From the NCBI GenBank assembly GCA_964016885.1, contig OZ024763.1, forward strand, positions 20,088,001 through 20,152,000: 64,000 bases of DNA, in the 5' to 3' direction. The stretch is from Eledone cirrhosa. Its lineage: Eukaryota. Of this stretch, positions 1 to 16,137 are shown piece after piece. Within the stretch, counting starts at the first letter, position 1; every line of letters begins with the position of its first letter. A program made the translations under genes and the position numbers. Under the pieces are notes generated by a model. It had not been told where the DNA came from. It did no database searches and saw only the letters and a list, made by a program, of their open reading frames with translations.

Positions 1-69
1 CCTGTAATGCTTGCTAAAAATAGCAGCTAAGTTTACCTCATATTGCCTCGGTAGTAGTAGCGATAGTAA

Positions 70-253
70 TAATTGTTTCTACTTTAGGCACAAGGCCATC
101 AATTACCCAGTGCATTACTGGTACTTTATTTTATCGACCCCGTAAGGATGAAAGGCAAAGTCAACCTCGGCGGGATTTGAACTCGGATCGTAAAGGGACG
201 TAACTATGCTGGAAAGCATGGCGTCCGACCCTCTACCGATACTGCCAATCCAA
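70..253 (-). mobile_element. tRNA-derived SINE, family 1 (Meta-domain-like core), near full length
   Basis: Minus strand reads box A-like TGGCAGTATCGG, box B GAGTTCAAATCC, core CTTTGCCTTTCATCCTTACGGGGTCGATAAAATAAAGTACCAG, then an (ATT)n-type tail. More than 20 related copies occur in the window. Confidence 0.85.
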
Positions 254-662
254 ATAATAGTAGTATAGTAGTAACAGTAGTAGAAGTCGTAACAGCGGTA
301 GTAGTAGTAATAACAGCGGTAGTAGTAACAGTGGTAGTAGTAGTAGTAACTGTAATAATAATATTAGTAGTTGTTGTGGTAGTAACAGTAGTAGTAGTAG
401 TGACAGTAGTAGTAGTACATTTGAGAGAGGGTAAATAGTTGTATGCGAATGTTGAAGATGTTTAGCCTTGACTAAGCAAACCTATATTTCTTAAAGCATT
501 CCAGCCGTAACCATCTCGTATTTTATACAGAAACAGTGTAACCCGGACTACATAACCCCATACAGTTTATCCGAATGGCTAAATGCCAGCTGAAGGATAC
601 CCAGGAGTCGTGACCTGGATGCGACCCGGCCTCTTAAGAGAGCAAGAAATTAATAATAATAA

Positions 663-966
663 TTGTTTTCCTCTTTTGGCACAAGACCAGCAATTATCTC
701 AGTACATTACTGGTACTTTATTTTATCGACTCCGTAAGGATGAAAGGCAAAGTTAACCTCGGCGGGATTTGAACTCAGTACGTAAAATTATTGTGTACAA
801 TGCTCAGGTGCACTACAACTCATCAAAGGTACATGTATTGTACATAGAATAATTGTTTCTACTTTTGGCACAAGGCCAGTAATTACCGCAGTGTATTACT
901 GGTATTTTATTTTATCGCCCCTGTAAGGATGAAAGGCAAAGTTAACCTCGGTGGGATTTGAACTCA
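663..966 (-). mobile_element. Two 5'-truncated SINE family 1 copies (about 663-787 and 852-966)
   Basis: Same core and box B sequence as 70-253. Confidence 0.8.
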
Positions 967-1779
967 TTGTATAATAACTCGTGTGTGTGTATATATATAT
1001 ATATAAATAAATGTGTGTGTGTGTATAGTGAACATTATTGTGTACTACAACTTATCAAAGGTGCATGTATAGTACATAGAATAATGTACAAATATATAAT
1101 GTTAAGGGCCAAAACACTTACTTGAGTGGGGTTTCACCTCTGAAGACCTTCAGCTGTTCAGCTCTCTTGAGAGGTTCTTAATATCACTCTAATGCCTTCA
1201 TTTTCTTTTTGTTTGTTTATAAGATATTAAGGTCGGGCGTTTCGGTTGCGCAAGTATTAGGAAACACAAGGCGCTACTCTATATGTTCTCGCAGCTTCCA
1301 TCAAACTCGGAAATGTTTAGGTTTCATCCATTGGTCCAACTTGATGCATTGTTTGCATGACGCCGGGGCGTCCCACTGGATGGCCGAGTATCAGATAGGA
1401 TAGAATAGGATGTTATGAGTAAGATTTGATTGTTATTTTTAGCATGTCTTGTGGCAACATCCTGTGATGCTCTGGTGATGTTGCACGAACGAACGAATGA
1501 ATGAACGGATAAATAGATGTTCGTTTCACTGACTCAATGAACGGGTGATGTATGAATGAATTGGGTGTATGTGATGTTCATTTCACTGAATGAATGAATA
1601 TATGAATGAATGGATGCATGGGTTGATTGGTGAACGGGGTGGTGTTAATTTCACTGAACTAAAGAATGAATGAAAGATTAAATATAGAGATGGTATGGTA
1701 TATTATGGTCCCGTAATTCCTGATGGAGACGTAGGGACGCTGTAGTGACATACGGCGTTTCTTGGGCATATTTAAAGCC

Positions 1780-1975
1780 TGGCGGAGTCCATCTCCTCTC
1801 CGGGTCTGAATACAACAGATTTCTTATAGAGAAGGATTGAGAGAGGAAATGAAAAAGTGTTATAGAGGAAGAATCGACCCCAATACTAGACTGGTACTTT
1901 ATTTTTATTTTTCATTAACCTCGAAAGGATAGAGACCCAGATCCAACACCACAAAGCACCCTATCTGACGGTTTA
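1780..1975 (-). mobile_element. Diverged SINE family 1 variant with an alternative 3' part
   Basis: Core remnant plus the CATCTCCTCTCC..GAATACAACAGATT 3' segment shared with 4380-4625 and 9680-10125. Confidence 0.6.
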
Positions 1976-2374
1976 ATGACTCTGCCAATTCACCGCCATA
2001 GAGATATAAACAAATATTAGTTTACGAGATACGACAACTCGAGCGCTTCGTATTGATTTCCAGTGTGGCCCGTGTGGGACTAAATAGGCCGCTAGTTGCC
2101 GCCTCCAAGAGAAATTTTGCAAGACAGTACAATACCCTTTTGGGGCCCGAAGCAGGCAAAGATTTTTTTCAAAATGGATGTTGCGTGGTTGCTGTGGGGC
2201 TTTCTTAGCTCTTGGGACCACGGAACAAAATACCGACTGGACCCCCACCCCTTATAGACCCTGGTCGCAAACTGGAGGCTGGGGAGAGGCACCCTTTCCC
2301 GTTTTATATATATATATATAAAAAATACAGAAAAATTCAATGAATTGTCGAAACTAAGCAAATCACTATAAATT

Positions 2375-2545
2375 TTCTACTTTTGGCACAAGGTCAGCAA
2401 TTATCTCAGTACATTACTGGTACTTTATTTTATCGACCTTGTAAGGATGAAAGGTAAAGTTAACCTCGGCGGGATTTGAACGCAGAACGTAAAGAGCCGT
2501 AACACTATGCTGCAAAGGATGGCGTCTGATGCTGTCGATTGCTAT
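2375..2545 (-). mobile_element. SINE family 1 copy
   Basis: Same core and box B sequence. Confidence 0.8.
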
Positions 2546-2666
2546 AAATAATAGTTGAGAAAAATTGAGTAAATTATCTTTAAAGAGACTCTCTACGTTT
2601 GAGACCCTCAGATTTTCTGATATTAAAATATAGAAATAGTTTTGTCAAAATATCGAATATGTTACG

Positions 2667-2695
<29 letters not shown>

Positions 2696-2697
<2 letters not shown>

Positions 2698-2901
2698 CGA
2701 TATTAAACAAATGGAAACTATATTTATAAAACCATATTTATTTCATTATACATATTTCAGGGATACCATATTAAAAATATGGCATGCCTTCTTCAGATAA
2801 AATACAATATATAAGCAGTTTTATAAATAAATTTGACGTACGTCAAATTTATAAATATAAATAAATTTTATAAATATAGTTTCCATTTGTTTAATATCGT
2901 A
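2696..2901. mobile_element. Penelope-like fold-back element next to (TA)n
   Basis: Terminal inverted repeat TACGATATTAAACAAATGGAAACTATATTTATAAAA, an internal palindrome at 2829-2850, and a hammerhead core. Related copy at 33545-33783. Confidence 0.6.
2734..2810 (-). ncRNA. Type I hammerhead ribozyme motif
   Basis: Minus strand: ATATTgTATTTTAT-CTGAAGA-[AGG..TGCCATATT ttt AATATGGTA..CCT]-GAAA-TA tg TA-TA^-ATGAAATA AATAT. Stems I, II and a short palindromic stem III all pair. Confidence 0.7.
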
Positions 2902-2985
2902 TATCTACTCCAAAACTTGTTGAGTGCTTTATATCAGTTATAAAATATTTACTCGTTGTAACCCAACAATTTTAAATAAAACTTT

Positions 2986-3049
<64 letters not shown>

Positions 3050-3289
3050 CACACACACACACACATATATATATATTTTTTTGTTTTGTTTTTTCTTGGT
3101 GTAACCTTTGATTTTAGAGGTCGGCATAGATCGATGCTGGGATATCAACATCGATCTATAAGTAGGCTTATATTTATTTACATCTGATTGTTGTTAAGTT
3201 TCTTCGTGAGCTGCTGATGGGCTGGTGAGGATCCCCAATTAGTTGTAAGTGACGGCCATAATATATATATATATATATATATATTGGAG

Positions 3290-3705
3290 GGTGGGGGTAG
3301 TCATGAAGTTTGGTGGTGGTGGTGGAGGTGGTGGTGGCAGTTATGGTTAAGGTGGTGGTATTGGCAATGGTGGAGGTGGTGAAGATGGTACTGGCGGTGG
3401 AGGTGGTGGTGGCGTTGGCAATGGTGGAGGTGGTGGAGGTGGTACTGACAGTGGCAGTGGAGGTAGTGGTAGTAGTCATGCAGGAGGTGGTGGTGGTGGT
3501 GGCGGTGTAGGCAGAGGTAAAGATGGTAGTGGCGGTGGCACAATGGAGGTGGTGGTAGTGTTGGCAGTGGTGTAGATAGTTGCGGTGGCGGTGTTGGCAG
3601 TGGTGAAGATGGTGAAGATGGTGGAGATGGTAGTGGCAGCGGCAGTGGTGGTGTTGGTTGTGGTGGCAGTCATGGTGGTGGTGGAGATGGTAGTGGTGGT
3701 AGTTT
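3290..3705. repeat. Degenerate (GGT)n-rich trinucleotide tract
   Basis: Seen directly in the sequence. Confidence 0.9.
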
Positions 3706-3749
3706 TCGTCCTCGTTAAAAAAATATATAGAGAGACGGTTATTTGCCAT

Positions 3750-4290
3750 TGGTAAGACGTCGAATAAAATACCTTGCGGTGTTTGTTTCTGGCTCTTTAC
3801 ATTCTGAGTTCAAAATCCCGCCAAGGTCAACTTTCAGTCAAATAGTGGGACCAGTCTAATCTACTTTCTTTTTCTCCACAACTCATTGAGATTTTGCCTA
3901 AATCATCATCATTTGAGTTCAAATCCCGCCGAGGTTAACTTTACCTTTCATCCTTATGGTGTTGATAAAATAAAGTACCAGTCATGCACTGAGGTCGATT
4001 TGACTTTCTCCTCCACCAAAATTGGGCCTAAATCAGAAATTATTATTATTATCAGGGTGGCTGATTGGCAGAATCGGTAGAGGGTCGTACGCTATGTTTT
4101 GCAGCATAGAGTTACGGCTCTTTATGATCTGAGTTCAAATCCCACCGAGGTTAACTTTACCTTTCATCCTTACGGGGTCGATAAAATAAAGTACCAGTAA
4201 TGTACTGGGATAATTGCTGGCCTTGTGCCAAAAGTAGAAACAATTATTATTATCAGGGTAGCGAATTGGTAGTATAGGTAGTGTCGGAAA
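3750..4290 (+). mobile_element. Tandem SINE family 1 copies (full copy about 4055-4250)
   Basis: TGGCAGAATCGG..GAGTTCAAATCC..core..(ATT)n, followed by the head of another copy. Confidence 0.8.
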
Positions 4291-4379
4291 GGCTTTGTGT
4301 TATAAAGGTGCATCCCTTTACGTAGATTCGGATATGGCTGTCAATAGAATATAGGTATATGTTTAGAATAAAGTCCATA

Positions 4380-4625
4380 AATTGGCAGAGTCGCAAGAAC
4401 GTCAGATAGAATGCTTTGCGGTATTCGATTTGGCTCTCTGCTCTAAGATCCCGCCGAGGCCAACTCTTTCTTTCATCTATTCCAAGTCAATAAAAAAAAG
4501 TACCAGTCAAGTACTGGGGGTCGATTATTCCTCAATATCTCTTTCCCACTTTTATTCTCTCCCTCTCTATCCTTCTCTGGAAAAAATCTGCTGTATTAAG
4601 ACCTGGAGAGGATTGAGCCCTAGAA
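4380..4625 (+). mobile_element. SINE family 1 variant
   Basis: Diverged head and core, plus the variant 3' part shared with 1780-1975 and 9680-10125. Confidence 0.6.
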
Positions 4626-4862
4626 AGCTCTAAAATGCTCTAGAAAAACCGTGTGTCAGTATGGTGCCTCTACAATCCCCTCAGGAGTTACGGAACCATC
4701 CATGCAGGCATATGTATAGAATAGTCAGATATGGCGGTACTCATTCTTTCAGCTATCTCTATTGTGGACCAATTGTCTGAAATCGTTTTGTCTTCAAAGA
4801 TGCAACAATAGGTATTGGTATAGGATAGTCGAGTATGGCTGTCAATAGAATATAGGTATATA

Positions 4863-5388
4863 CATGAGGGGGCTTCAAAAAGTTTGTGGAGAAAGTACAT
4901 AGCTAAACATCATATGCAGTGATTTTAATCTCGATGCACCTGTATGTTCTCATACTAACGTGTCATAACACGTTCTAACATGAACCCTTAAATGCATGTT
5001 GTAATGCGACGCCACCAGTCGGAAATCAGCACCCGCTCAAGCAACATGGCCTCCATCAAAACATTAAATTCATGGTGAAGCTCGGGTGGAAGAGCAGCCA
5101 AATCATTGACGCTATGGAGCAAGTTTATGGGGACAATGCCCCAAAGAAATCAACACCCTACAAATGGATGAGTCGTTTTAGAAGTGGAAGAGATGAGGTT
5201 GAAAATGATCCCCAATTGAAGATGTAAAAAAAGTTGCTTTGACATGGTTTAAATTGCATGGCTCTCAGTTTTACACAGATGGACTTAAAAGCTGGTATGG
5301 AGCATATGTTGAGAGATAAACATCATAACTTAAACCGCTTTTCCCAACTCTGCCCTTTTCCCACAAACGTTTTGAAGAACATTCGTGT
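4863..5388 (+). mobile_element. Internally deleted mariner (irritans/Hsmar2-like) element
   Basis: Imperfect TIRs CATGAGGGGGCTTCAAAAAGTTTGTGGAGAAAG / CTTTTCCCACAAACGTTTTGAAGAACATTCGTG. 5060-5212 encodes NIKFMVKLGWKSSQIIDAMEQVYGDNAPKKSTPYKWMSRFRSGRDEVENDP (N-terminal HTH), joined to a C-terminal remnant IEDVKKVALTWF..DGLKSWYGAYVER*. The DD34D core is absent. Confidence 0.85.
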
Positions 5389-5457
5389 GTGTATATATAT
5401 ATATATATATACACTGTACCAATTGTCTTGTTATTTCTGTTTACGTTTTATATAGTA

Positions 5458-6841
5458 CTAGCAGAATGGCCCGGCGTTGCTCGGGATTTGCTCTAGGGTT
5501 CTTATATATTTGATATATATTTATCCTTATCGAGCCTCGTCAAATAAATGCGTTTGTTTACATGAAGATTAACAACCGAAAATGAAAATAATTATGTCGT
5601 TTGATTTTACGATTGAAAGAAAATAATTGTCGCAAATTAGAATTTTTATTTGTTAATGAAGTGTGTATGTGTGGTTAGAAATCCGGCACGTGGTTAAATT
5701 GATTTAAAGTTTAATTATTCATTTGATGTGAGTGTGTGTTTGTATGTGTTTGCAAATAAATAAATCAGTTTAAAGATTCACATTTAGAATAAACGAAATT
5801 GTACGTTAATGTGGCTAATGTTTTTGTTGTTTAGTCTGTAAAGTGTATGAGTTGAAACAACGTTGCCTCGACCGCACCCTGTGATAATCGTGGCCTCGAC
5901 CACACCCTGTGATAATCGTGGCCTCAATCAGATTGGGAGATAAGGACTTAACGATCAAACGTGTGCCATTGTATTGTTTCGGGGGAACCAAATTTCTAAT
6001 GAGCATTATAGGGGCACCAACTTTAAGTTTGAGAATGTGTGGTGGTAGTCCGGGGGGCTCAAAGGAATTGAGTACCTCTATTGGATAGTTGATGACGTCA
6101 TCTGGGTCAGGAGTTGTTTAGTATCCCCATGAAAATTAACAGCCGAAAATGAAAATAATTATGTCGTTTAATTTTACGATTTAAAGAAAAGAATTGTCGC
6201 AAATTATTAGTTTATTTTTTAATGAAGTGTGTATTTGTGGTTATAAATCCCGCACGTTGTTTAATTGCTTTAAATTTTTTTTTGATCAATTTATGTGAGT
6301 GTGTGTTTGTATGTGTTTCTAAATAAATCATTAAGTTTGAAGCAACTAAAAGTTAGAACGATTGAAAAACATTGTAACTCACATTTTTAAAAGATGCGCG
6401 TAGCTGCTAACGGTGAATAAACCAAATTTTGTATAAAAGAGAAAGTAGCAAAATGTGTGGGTTGTAGATAGAGGTTAGCAGATGATATGAGAGAGTAAAA
6501 CGGACAGTATCACCATCAACACGAACAATGTAAAATGAAAAGAATAATTTAGTTTCATTTTACGTGTTGTTTCAGCTTGGAAAGAGAAAGTAGCAGAAAG
6601 TATGAAGTTGTATAGATTTTGAATGGTAATGGAAAGTGGTAAGCAGTTGAAATGAGGGAAAATCGTAAAATATTGAGTTTTATCGATTTTTTGCGTAATT
6701 GTGGGTGAAATTGAAAAAAATATATGTGCCATGACCCAATCGAAGCTATTTCGAATACTGAATTGTAAATTTCAATTGAAGAAATTCTATATCGTAGAAT
6801 TCTATAACAAAGAAATGTGACCATACACTGAGCTTTATAGA
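5458..6841 (-). mobile_element. Non-autonomous Helitron with a PIF1 helicase fragment
   Basis: Minus strand: 5' A|TCTATA start, 3' hairpin CCCGAGCAACGCCGGG then CTAG|T end. About 5890-6115 encodes NYPIEVLNSFEPPGLPPHILKLKVGAPIMLIRNLVPPKQYNGTRLIVKSLSPNLIEATIITGCGRG. Confidence 0.85.
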
Positions 6842-7249
6842 TTATTCGTATAGGATAGTCGGGTATAGTTGTCAATAGAATATAGGCATACATATAGAAT
6901 AGTCAGATATGATTGGACAAAAGCAAGAAGTCATCGACGAAGGCCCATTCCACTGAAAGACATAGTGTTCACCTCAATAGCATCTGTGCTGAAAACAGCA
7001 AAATGGTTATTGGTGAATTTTCCATGAAGATATTTAGAACATTCTTTATAGGGTTTTAGGACAGTTTTTCTCCTGTCAAAGTTATACCTGACACCCATAA
7101 ACCATTGAATAAAACAATTGCATGAAGAAAGTCAGGTTTATATTTAAGAGTTCCACCTACATTAAAACTGTTCTGACAGTTGAAGATTGGACTGAGGTAT
7201 AGTTTTCTCGGGTTTGTAAGCACTAACATGTATTTAATTTATGTATATA

Positions 7250-7410
7250 TATCATCATCATCTTCGTTTAAAGTCCATTTTCCACGCTAGCATGGGTTAG
7301 ACGGGAGTTGTCCCACTTGAGGCAAGATTGGTTGGGTGACCATGTCTCGCTCGTATAGGACTATCTGGCAGGTTTTCTACGGCTGGATGCCCTTCCTAAC
7401 ACCAACCACA
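7250..7410 (-). mobile_element. RTE-tailed short retroelement fragment
   Basis: Minus strand: GGAAGGGCATCCAGCCGTAGAAAA..CCCGTCTAACCCATGCTAGCGTGGAAAATGGAC..(GAT)n. The tail resembles the RTE end at 16040-16095. Confidence 0.65.
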
Positions 7411-7519
7411 CATACATATGTATGTGTATATAGAGATGTGTATGTTTATATAAATATATATACAGACACACACACACATAGATGTATATATAGATATATG
7501 TATATAGACACAACAAATT

Positions 7520-7983
7520 CCGACCTCACACACTTATACCTCTCCAAGACAATGTCACTGGACCGAGATCTTTGGCGCTACACAGTAATACAGAAGACCC
7601 GCCTTACCTAAGTACAAAGTGAAACCTACTACAGTCAGTAGGCACCTCTAACAAAATACACCCCCATCCCACTACCCCCACCCCATCCACACCATCCCTT
7701 TCAATGTAAAGTTATGTTGGTACCACAACATCCAGTCCGAAACAAATGAGGTCATGTAGGTGTCACGACAAAAAAACACACAGTCCACGCTGTAATGTGG
7801 CCGTGTTAGTAACACGGTAAAAACCTCCCAGTCCACACTGTAAACGTGGTTGGTTAGGAAGGGCATCCAGCCGTAGAACCCCGCCAGACACTCCTATACG
7901 AGCAAGACAACCAATCTTGCCTCAAGTGGGAAAATTCCCGTCCAAACCCATGCAAGATGGACATTAAACGATGATGATGATGA
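7520..7983 (+). mobile_element. RTE 3' remnant plus an RTE-tailed short element
   Basis: 7520-7611 encodes DLTHLYLSKTMSLDRDLWRYTVIQKTRLT*, similar to the C-terminus of ORF 15217-16077. 7845-7983 is an inverted counterpart of 7250-7410 with a (GAT)n tail. Confidence 0.55.
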
Positions 7984-8029
7984 CACAATCTGTGCCTGTA
8001 TATCTATATACACATTTCTCTCACTTTAA

Positions 8030-9069
8030 ATATATATATATATATACATACACATACACATACACATATTTACCAATATGTATATGTAAGCATATATATA
8101 TATATATATATATATGTAAGTATATATATATATATGTATATGTAAGTATATATATATATGTATATGTATGCATATATATATATATGTATATGTAAGTATA
8201 TATATATATGTATATGTAAGTATATATATATATGTATATGTAAGTATATATATATATGTATATGTAAGTATATATATATATGTATATGTAAGTATATATA
8301 TATGTATATGTATGCATATATATATATATGTATATGTAAGTATATATATATATATGTATATGTAAGTATATATATATATATGTATATGTAAGTATATATA
8401 TATATATGTATATGTAAGTATATATATATATGTATATGTAAGTATATATGTATATGTATGTATATATGTATATGTATGCATATATATATATATATATATA
8501 TATGTATATGTATGCATATATATATATATGTATATGTATGCATATATATATATATATGTATGCATATATATATATATGTATATGTATGCATATATATATA
8601 TATGTGTATATGTAAGTATATATATATATGTATATGTATGCATATATATATATGTATGCATATATATATATATGTATATGTATGCATATATATATATATG
8701 TGTATATGTAAGTATATATATATATGTATATGTATGCATATATATATATGTATATGTAAGTATATATATATATATATATATGTATATGTAAGTATATATG
8801 TATATGTAAGTATATATGTATATGTATGCATATATATATATGTATATGTATGCATATATATGTATATGTATGCATATATATATATGTATATATATGTATA
8901 TGTATGCATATATATGTATATGTATGCATATATATATATGTATATATATGTATATGTATATATATATATATGTATATGTATGCATATATATATGTATGCA
9001 TATATATATATATGCATATATAAATATATATATGTATATATATATATGTATATGTATGCATATATATAT

Positions 9070-9101
<32 letters not shown>

Positions 9102-9128
9102 GTATGCATATATATATATATATATACA
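8030..9128. repeat. Compound (TA)n/TATGTATATGTAAG/TATGCA microsatellite-minisatellite
   Basis: Seen directly in the sequence. Confidence 0.95.
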
Positions 9129-9313
9129 TGCCAGTGCTTACAAACCTGATAAAACTATGCTCACTACAATCCTCAACTGTCAGTTTGAATGTAGGTGTAA
9201 CTCGTAATATAAACCTGATTGTTCTATACATACATAGTTATGTGCATATATATATATATGTGTGTGTGTATACTTATATACACACACATGTGGATGGATA
9301 GATAGATAGATAT

Positions 9314-9359
<46 letters not shown>

Positions 9360-9679
9360 TGTGTACACAAGCAGAAATCAATACCCTCGCCTCTTCCTCT
9401 CTTGAGAGATCAAAGGGACGATTGATTTTGGTTTTCATGAATGGAATCTGTGAATGACTCTGGCACCCACTGCTCTTCCTTTCCCCTCTGTGCCCCCTAC
9501 ACCATCACAAAACTCCCGACACCGGTCCACACTTTACATTATTTAGTACAAAAAGCCAGACACAATAATCATATCGCTGCCAAGAAATTATTGATCAATG
9601 GAAAGTTAAACTATTAATTTATTCTGTGCATGGTCCCAAAACATATGTCTCTTCTAGGGTATTGTTTTTAAACTGGTGG

Positions 9680-10125
9680 AGCCCATCTCCTCGCCAGGTC
9701 TGAATACAGCAGATTCCTTCCAGAGAAGGATAGAGAGAGAGAGAGTGAGAGAATGGAAAAGAGAAAAAGATATAGAGGAAGACTGAAGCCCATCTCCTCT
9801 ACTAGTTTGAATACAGCAGATTCCTTCCAGAGAAGGATAGAGAGAGTGAGAGAATGGAAAAGAGAAAAAGATATAGAGGAAGACTGAAGCCCATCTCCTC
9901 TCCTAGTTTGAATACAGCAGATTCCTTCCAGAGAAGGATAGAGAGAGAGTGAGAGAGAATGGAAATGAAAAAGAGATATAGAGGAAGAATCGACCATAGT
10001 ACTTGACTGGTACTGTTTTTTATTGTCAACCTTGAATGGATAAAAAGGCAGAGTTGACCTTGGTAGGATATGAACTGAGAACAGAGAGTTGAAACGAATA
10101 CTGCACAGCATTCTATCCGATGTTC
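9680..10125 (-). mobile_element. SINE family 1 variant with its about 100-bp 3' segment tandemly triplicated
   Basis: GAAGCCCATCTCCTC..GAATACAGCAGATTCCTTCCAGAGAAGGATAG occurs three times in 9680-9990, followed by the SINE core. Confidence 0.65.
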
Positions 10126-10679
10126 TATTTATTCTATAATTTTTATTAAACATAAATAACTAGATTATGGGCTTGCAGTTGATTCAACCAGCTTCACAAT
10201 ATTCTTGCCAATCATTTCTATCAACCCACAACTCTATTAACATAAAACTCGTTTTATCAGCTATTCCTATTGTGGACCAATTGTCTGGAATAATTTTGTG
10301 TGCAAAGATGCAACGCTTCCAGACTAAAAAGATGTAAAATATATTAAAAAGATGCTGTTGATTAATCAACAAACCAGTTTGTGGTAAAAACTTAACATTT
10401 TTTAGTAACTTTGAAAGAATATATTTTTCAAAATTTCTAAAATAAAATAAAAACTGACTTTTCATAAAATCATTTACAGGCCATCATGAAAAGGATGTTT
10501 TTACACTATAACCCTTCTTCATGGCCTCACTAGCCTGGTTAACTCATTCTCACTTCATTCCATTCCTAAGAACCTTTTATTCTCTTCTTTGTAAATAGTG
10601 TATCATACATTTTTTTTTATCAACCTTTTTTATATTTTAAATTGGCTAGTGAAATAAAAAAAAGAAAACAAGAATACTT

Positions 10680-11000
10680 GCTGTCTACCCAGAACATGTT
10701 CTGTCTACTTGTTTTGTCAACCAGGTACTCGTTCTGTCAAACCAAGTACTTGGTCTCTCTACCCAGAACATGTTCTGTTTACCCGGTACTTATTCCGTCT
10801 ATCCGGTACTCGGTATGTATACCCGGTACATGATCTGTCTATCAGGTACTTGTTCTGTCTATCCAGAACTTGTCTACCCGGTACATGATCTGTCTATCAG
10901 GTACTTGTTCTGTCTATCCAGAACTTGTCTACCCGGTACATGATCTGTCTGCTCGGTACATGTTCTATAAACCTGGTACTTGTTCTAATTACTCGGTAGA
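10680..11000. repeat. Degenerate about 20-bp minisatellite (CTGTCTACCCGGTACTTGTT-like)
   Basis: Seen directly; a block of about 55 bp is near-exactly duplicated. Confidence 0.75.
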
Positions 11001-11539
11001 ATTATGCGTTCTACCTATCCATTACTCATTGTCCATTAAAGCCATACTCTTATTTTATCAGTCTCACACTCATATATCAACTCAGTACTCATTTTTATAT
11101 CGACCCAGTCATTCGATCCAATCATCACTTATTTGTCTATCTACCCAATATTTACTTAAACTAAATACTGATTTTATCACCTCAGTATTTATAAAAACGA
11201 CCGCGTATGTTCAAATCCCAGATAGTAAAAAAATCGTGTATGATGCGGGCCAATTTTATACCTCTAGAGTTATTTCCCTTGATCATGAAACGCGTTAAAC
11301 AGAAAAAAGGCTATTGATATTAAGTATAAAAATTGGAGGGGGAATTTTGTTTATCAAACCACCATCTTGGCTGTTGTTGTTTAACCATGTCAAACATTCC
11401 AATCGTGACCATCGCAACTTTTTAGGAATATATACAGCTATATATACTTTCAGTAAATCTATAGAATGGCCCCTATCATCTAACTCATTCTCAATACATA
11501 TTAACATTTTCTTTTTCTTCGCAAAACTCACCTCCTACA

Positions 11540-14986
<3,447 letters not shown>

Positions 14987-16095
14987 TGAGTTTAGTGAGG
15001 AATTCCAGATACAAGTAGGAGTACATCAGGGTTCGGTCCTCAGCCCGCTCTTGTTCATTATAGTCCTCCAAGCCATAACAGAGGAGTTTAAGACTGGCTG
15101 TCCATGGGAACTTCTCTATGCTGACGATCTGGCTCTTATAGCAGAATCAGTAGAGGAGCTAGAGAATAAATTCCGGCTATGGAAACAGCAGTTGGAAGCA
15201 AGAGGACTGAGAGTAAGTGTTGATGAGTAGAAAAGAGGACAAAACCCTGATTCCGTCAGGGAAATGGCCATGTTCGATATGCAGAAAAGGAACTGGCATA
15301 AATTCTATAAAATGCACACAATGCAGGTCCTGGGTACACAAGAGATGTAGCGGGATAGCAGGCAAACTAACAGGTAGGGAGAAATATGTATGCAGTAGAT
15401 GTACAGGGAAATTAGACAGTAGAAGTCGCACTGATAGACACATTTTTCAAATGCGAGAGGGCGCTATAGAAGTGGTGGATAGCTTCCGGTACCTGGGTGA
15501 TCAGATTAGCATGGGAGGAGGGTGTTCCGAGGCCATAGTATCTAGAATAAGGACGGGTTGGAAGAAGTTTAGGGAGCTGCTTCCTCTGTTGACAAAGAAG
15601 GGTTTCTCCCTGCGTACGAAAGGCCGGTTGTATGATGCCTGTGTGAGGAGCGCGATGCTGCATGGTAGTGAGACATGGGCAGCAACCGCAGAGGATATGC
15701 GACGGCTGGAGAGAAATGAGGCAAGCATGCTCCGTTGGATGTGCAGTGTAAATGTGCGTGAACGACCCAGCATAAATGTGTTGAGAGAGAAACTGTGTCT
15801 GAGAGGGATAGAATGTAGTGTACGGGAGAGGAGACTGAGGTGGTATGGACATGGGATGCGCATGGAGGATGACCGATGGGTGAAGAAGTGCCAGGAAATG
15901 CCAGTTGAAGGAAGACGTGGTAGAGGTAGACCACGAAAAACATGGGCGGAGGTGGTGAGAACAGACCTCAGATCATTGAAGCTCACGGTGGAGATGACGA
16001 GGGACCGTGACGAGTGGAGAGATGCTGTGCTGAATAAGACCCGTCCCACCCTTGCAAGCAGGGAAAAGCGGACGTAAAATGATGATGATGATGAT
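14987..16095 (+). mobile_element. 5'-truncated RTE-clade LINE; RT with an internal PHD finger
   Basis: [36 protein letters not shown] and GRGRPRKTW motifs. A small frameshifting deletion lies near 15217. C4HC3 finger at 15271-15402; (GAT)n tail. Confidence 0.92.
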
Positions 16096-16102
16096 ATGTA
16101 TG

Positions 16103-16136
<34 letters not shown>

Positions 16137-16137
16137 G

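Noticed and set aside
1130-1310. Additional hammerhead candidates
   Set aside because: CTGAAGA at 1140 has no matching stem II and GAAA, and the minus-strand candidate has a degenerate core (TTGATGG).
2060-2265. Possible old hAT MITE
   Set aside because: GC-richer with a GGGGCCC motif, but no convincing TIR or TSD.
3174-3749. His/Thr-rich ORF
   Set aside because: Degenerate (GGT)n tract flanked by (TA)n and SINEs.
4055-4150. tRNA gene
   Set aside because: Box A and box B are present, but spacing and continuation into the SINE core show a SINE head; no cloverleaf.
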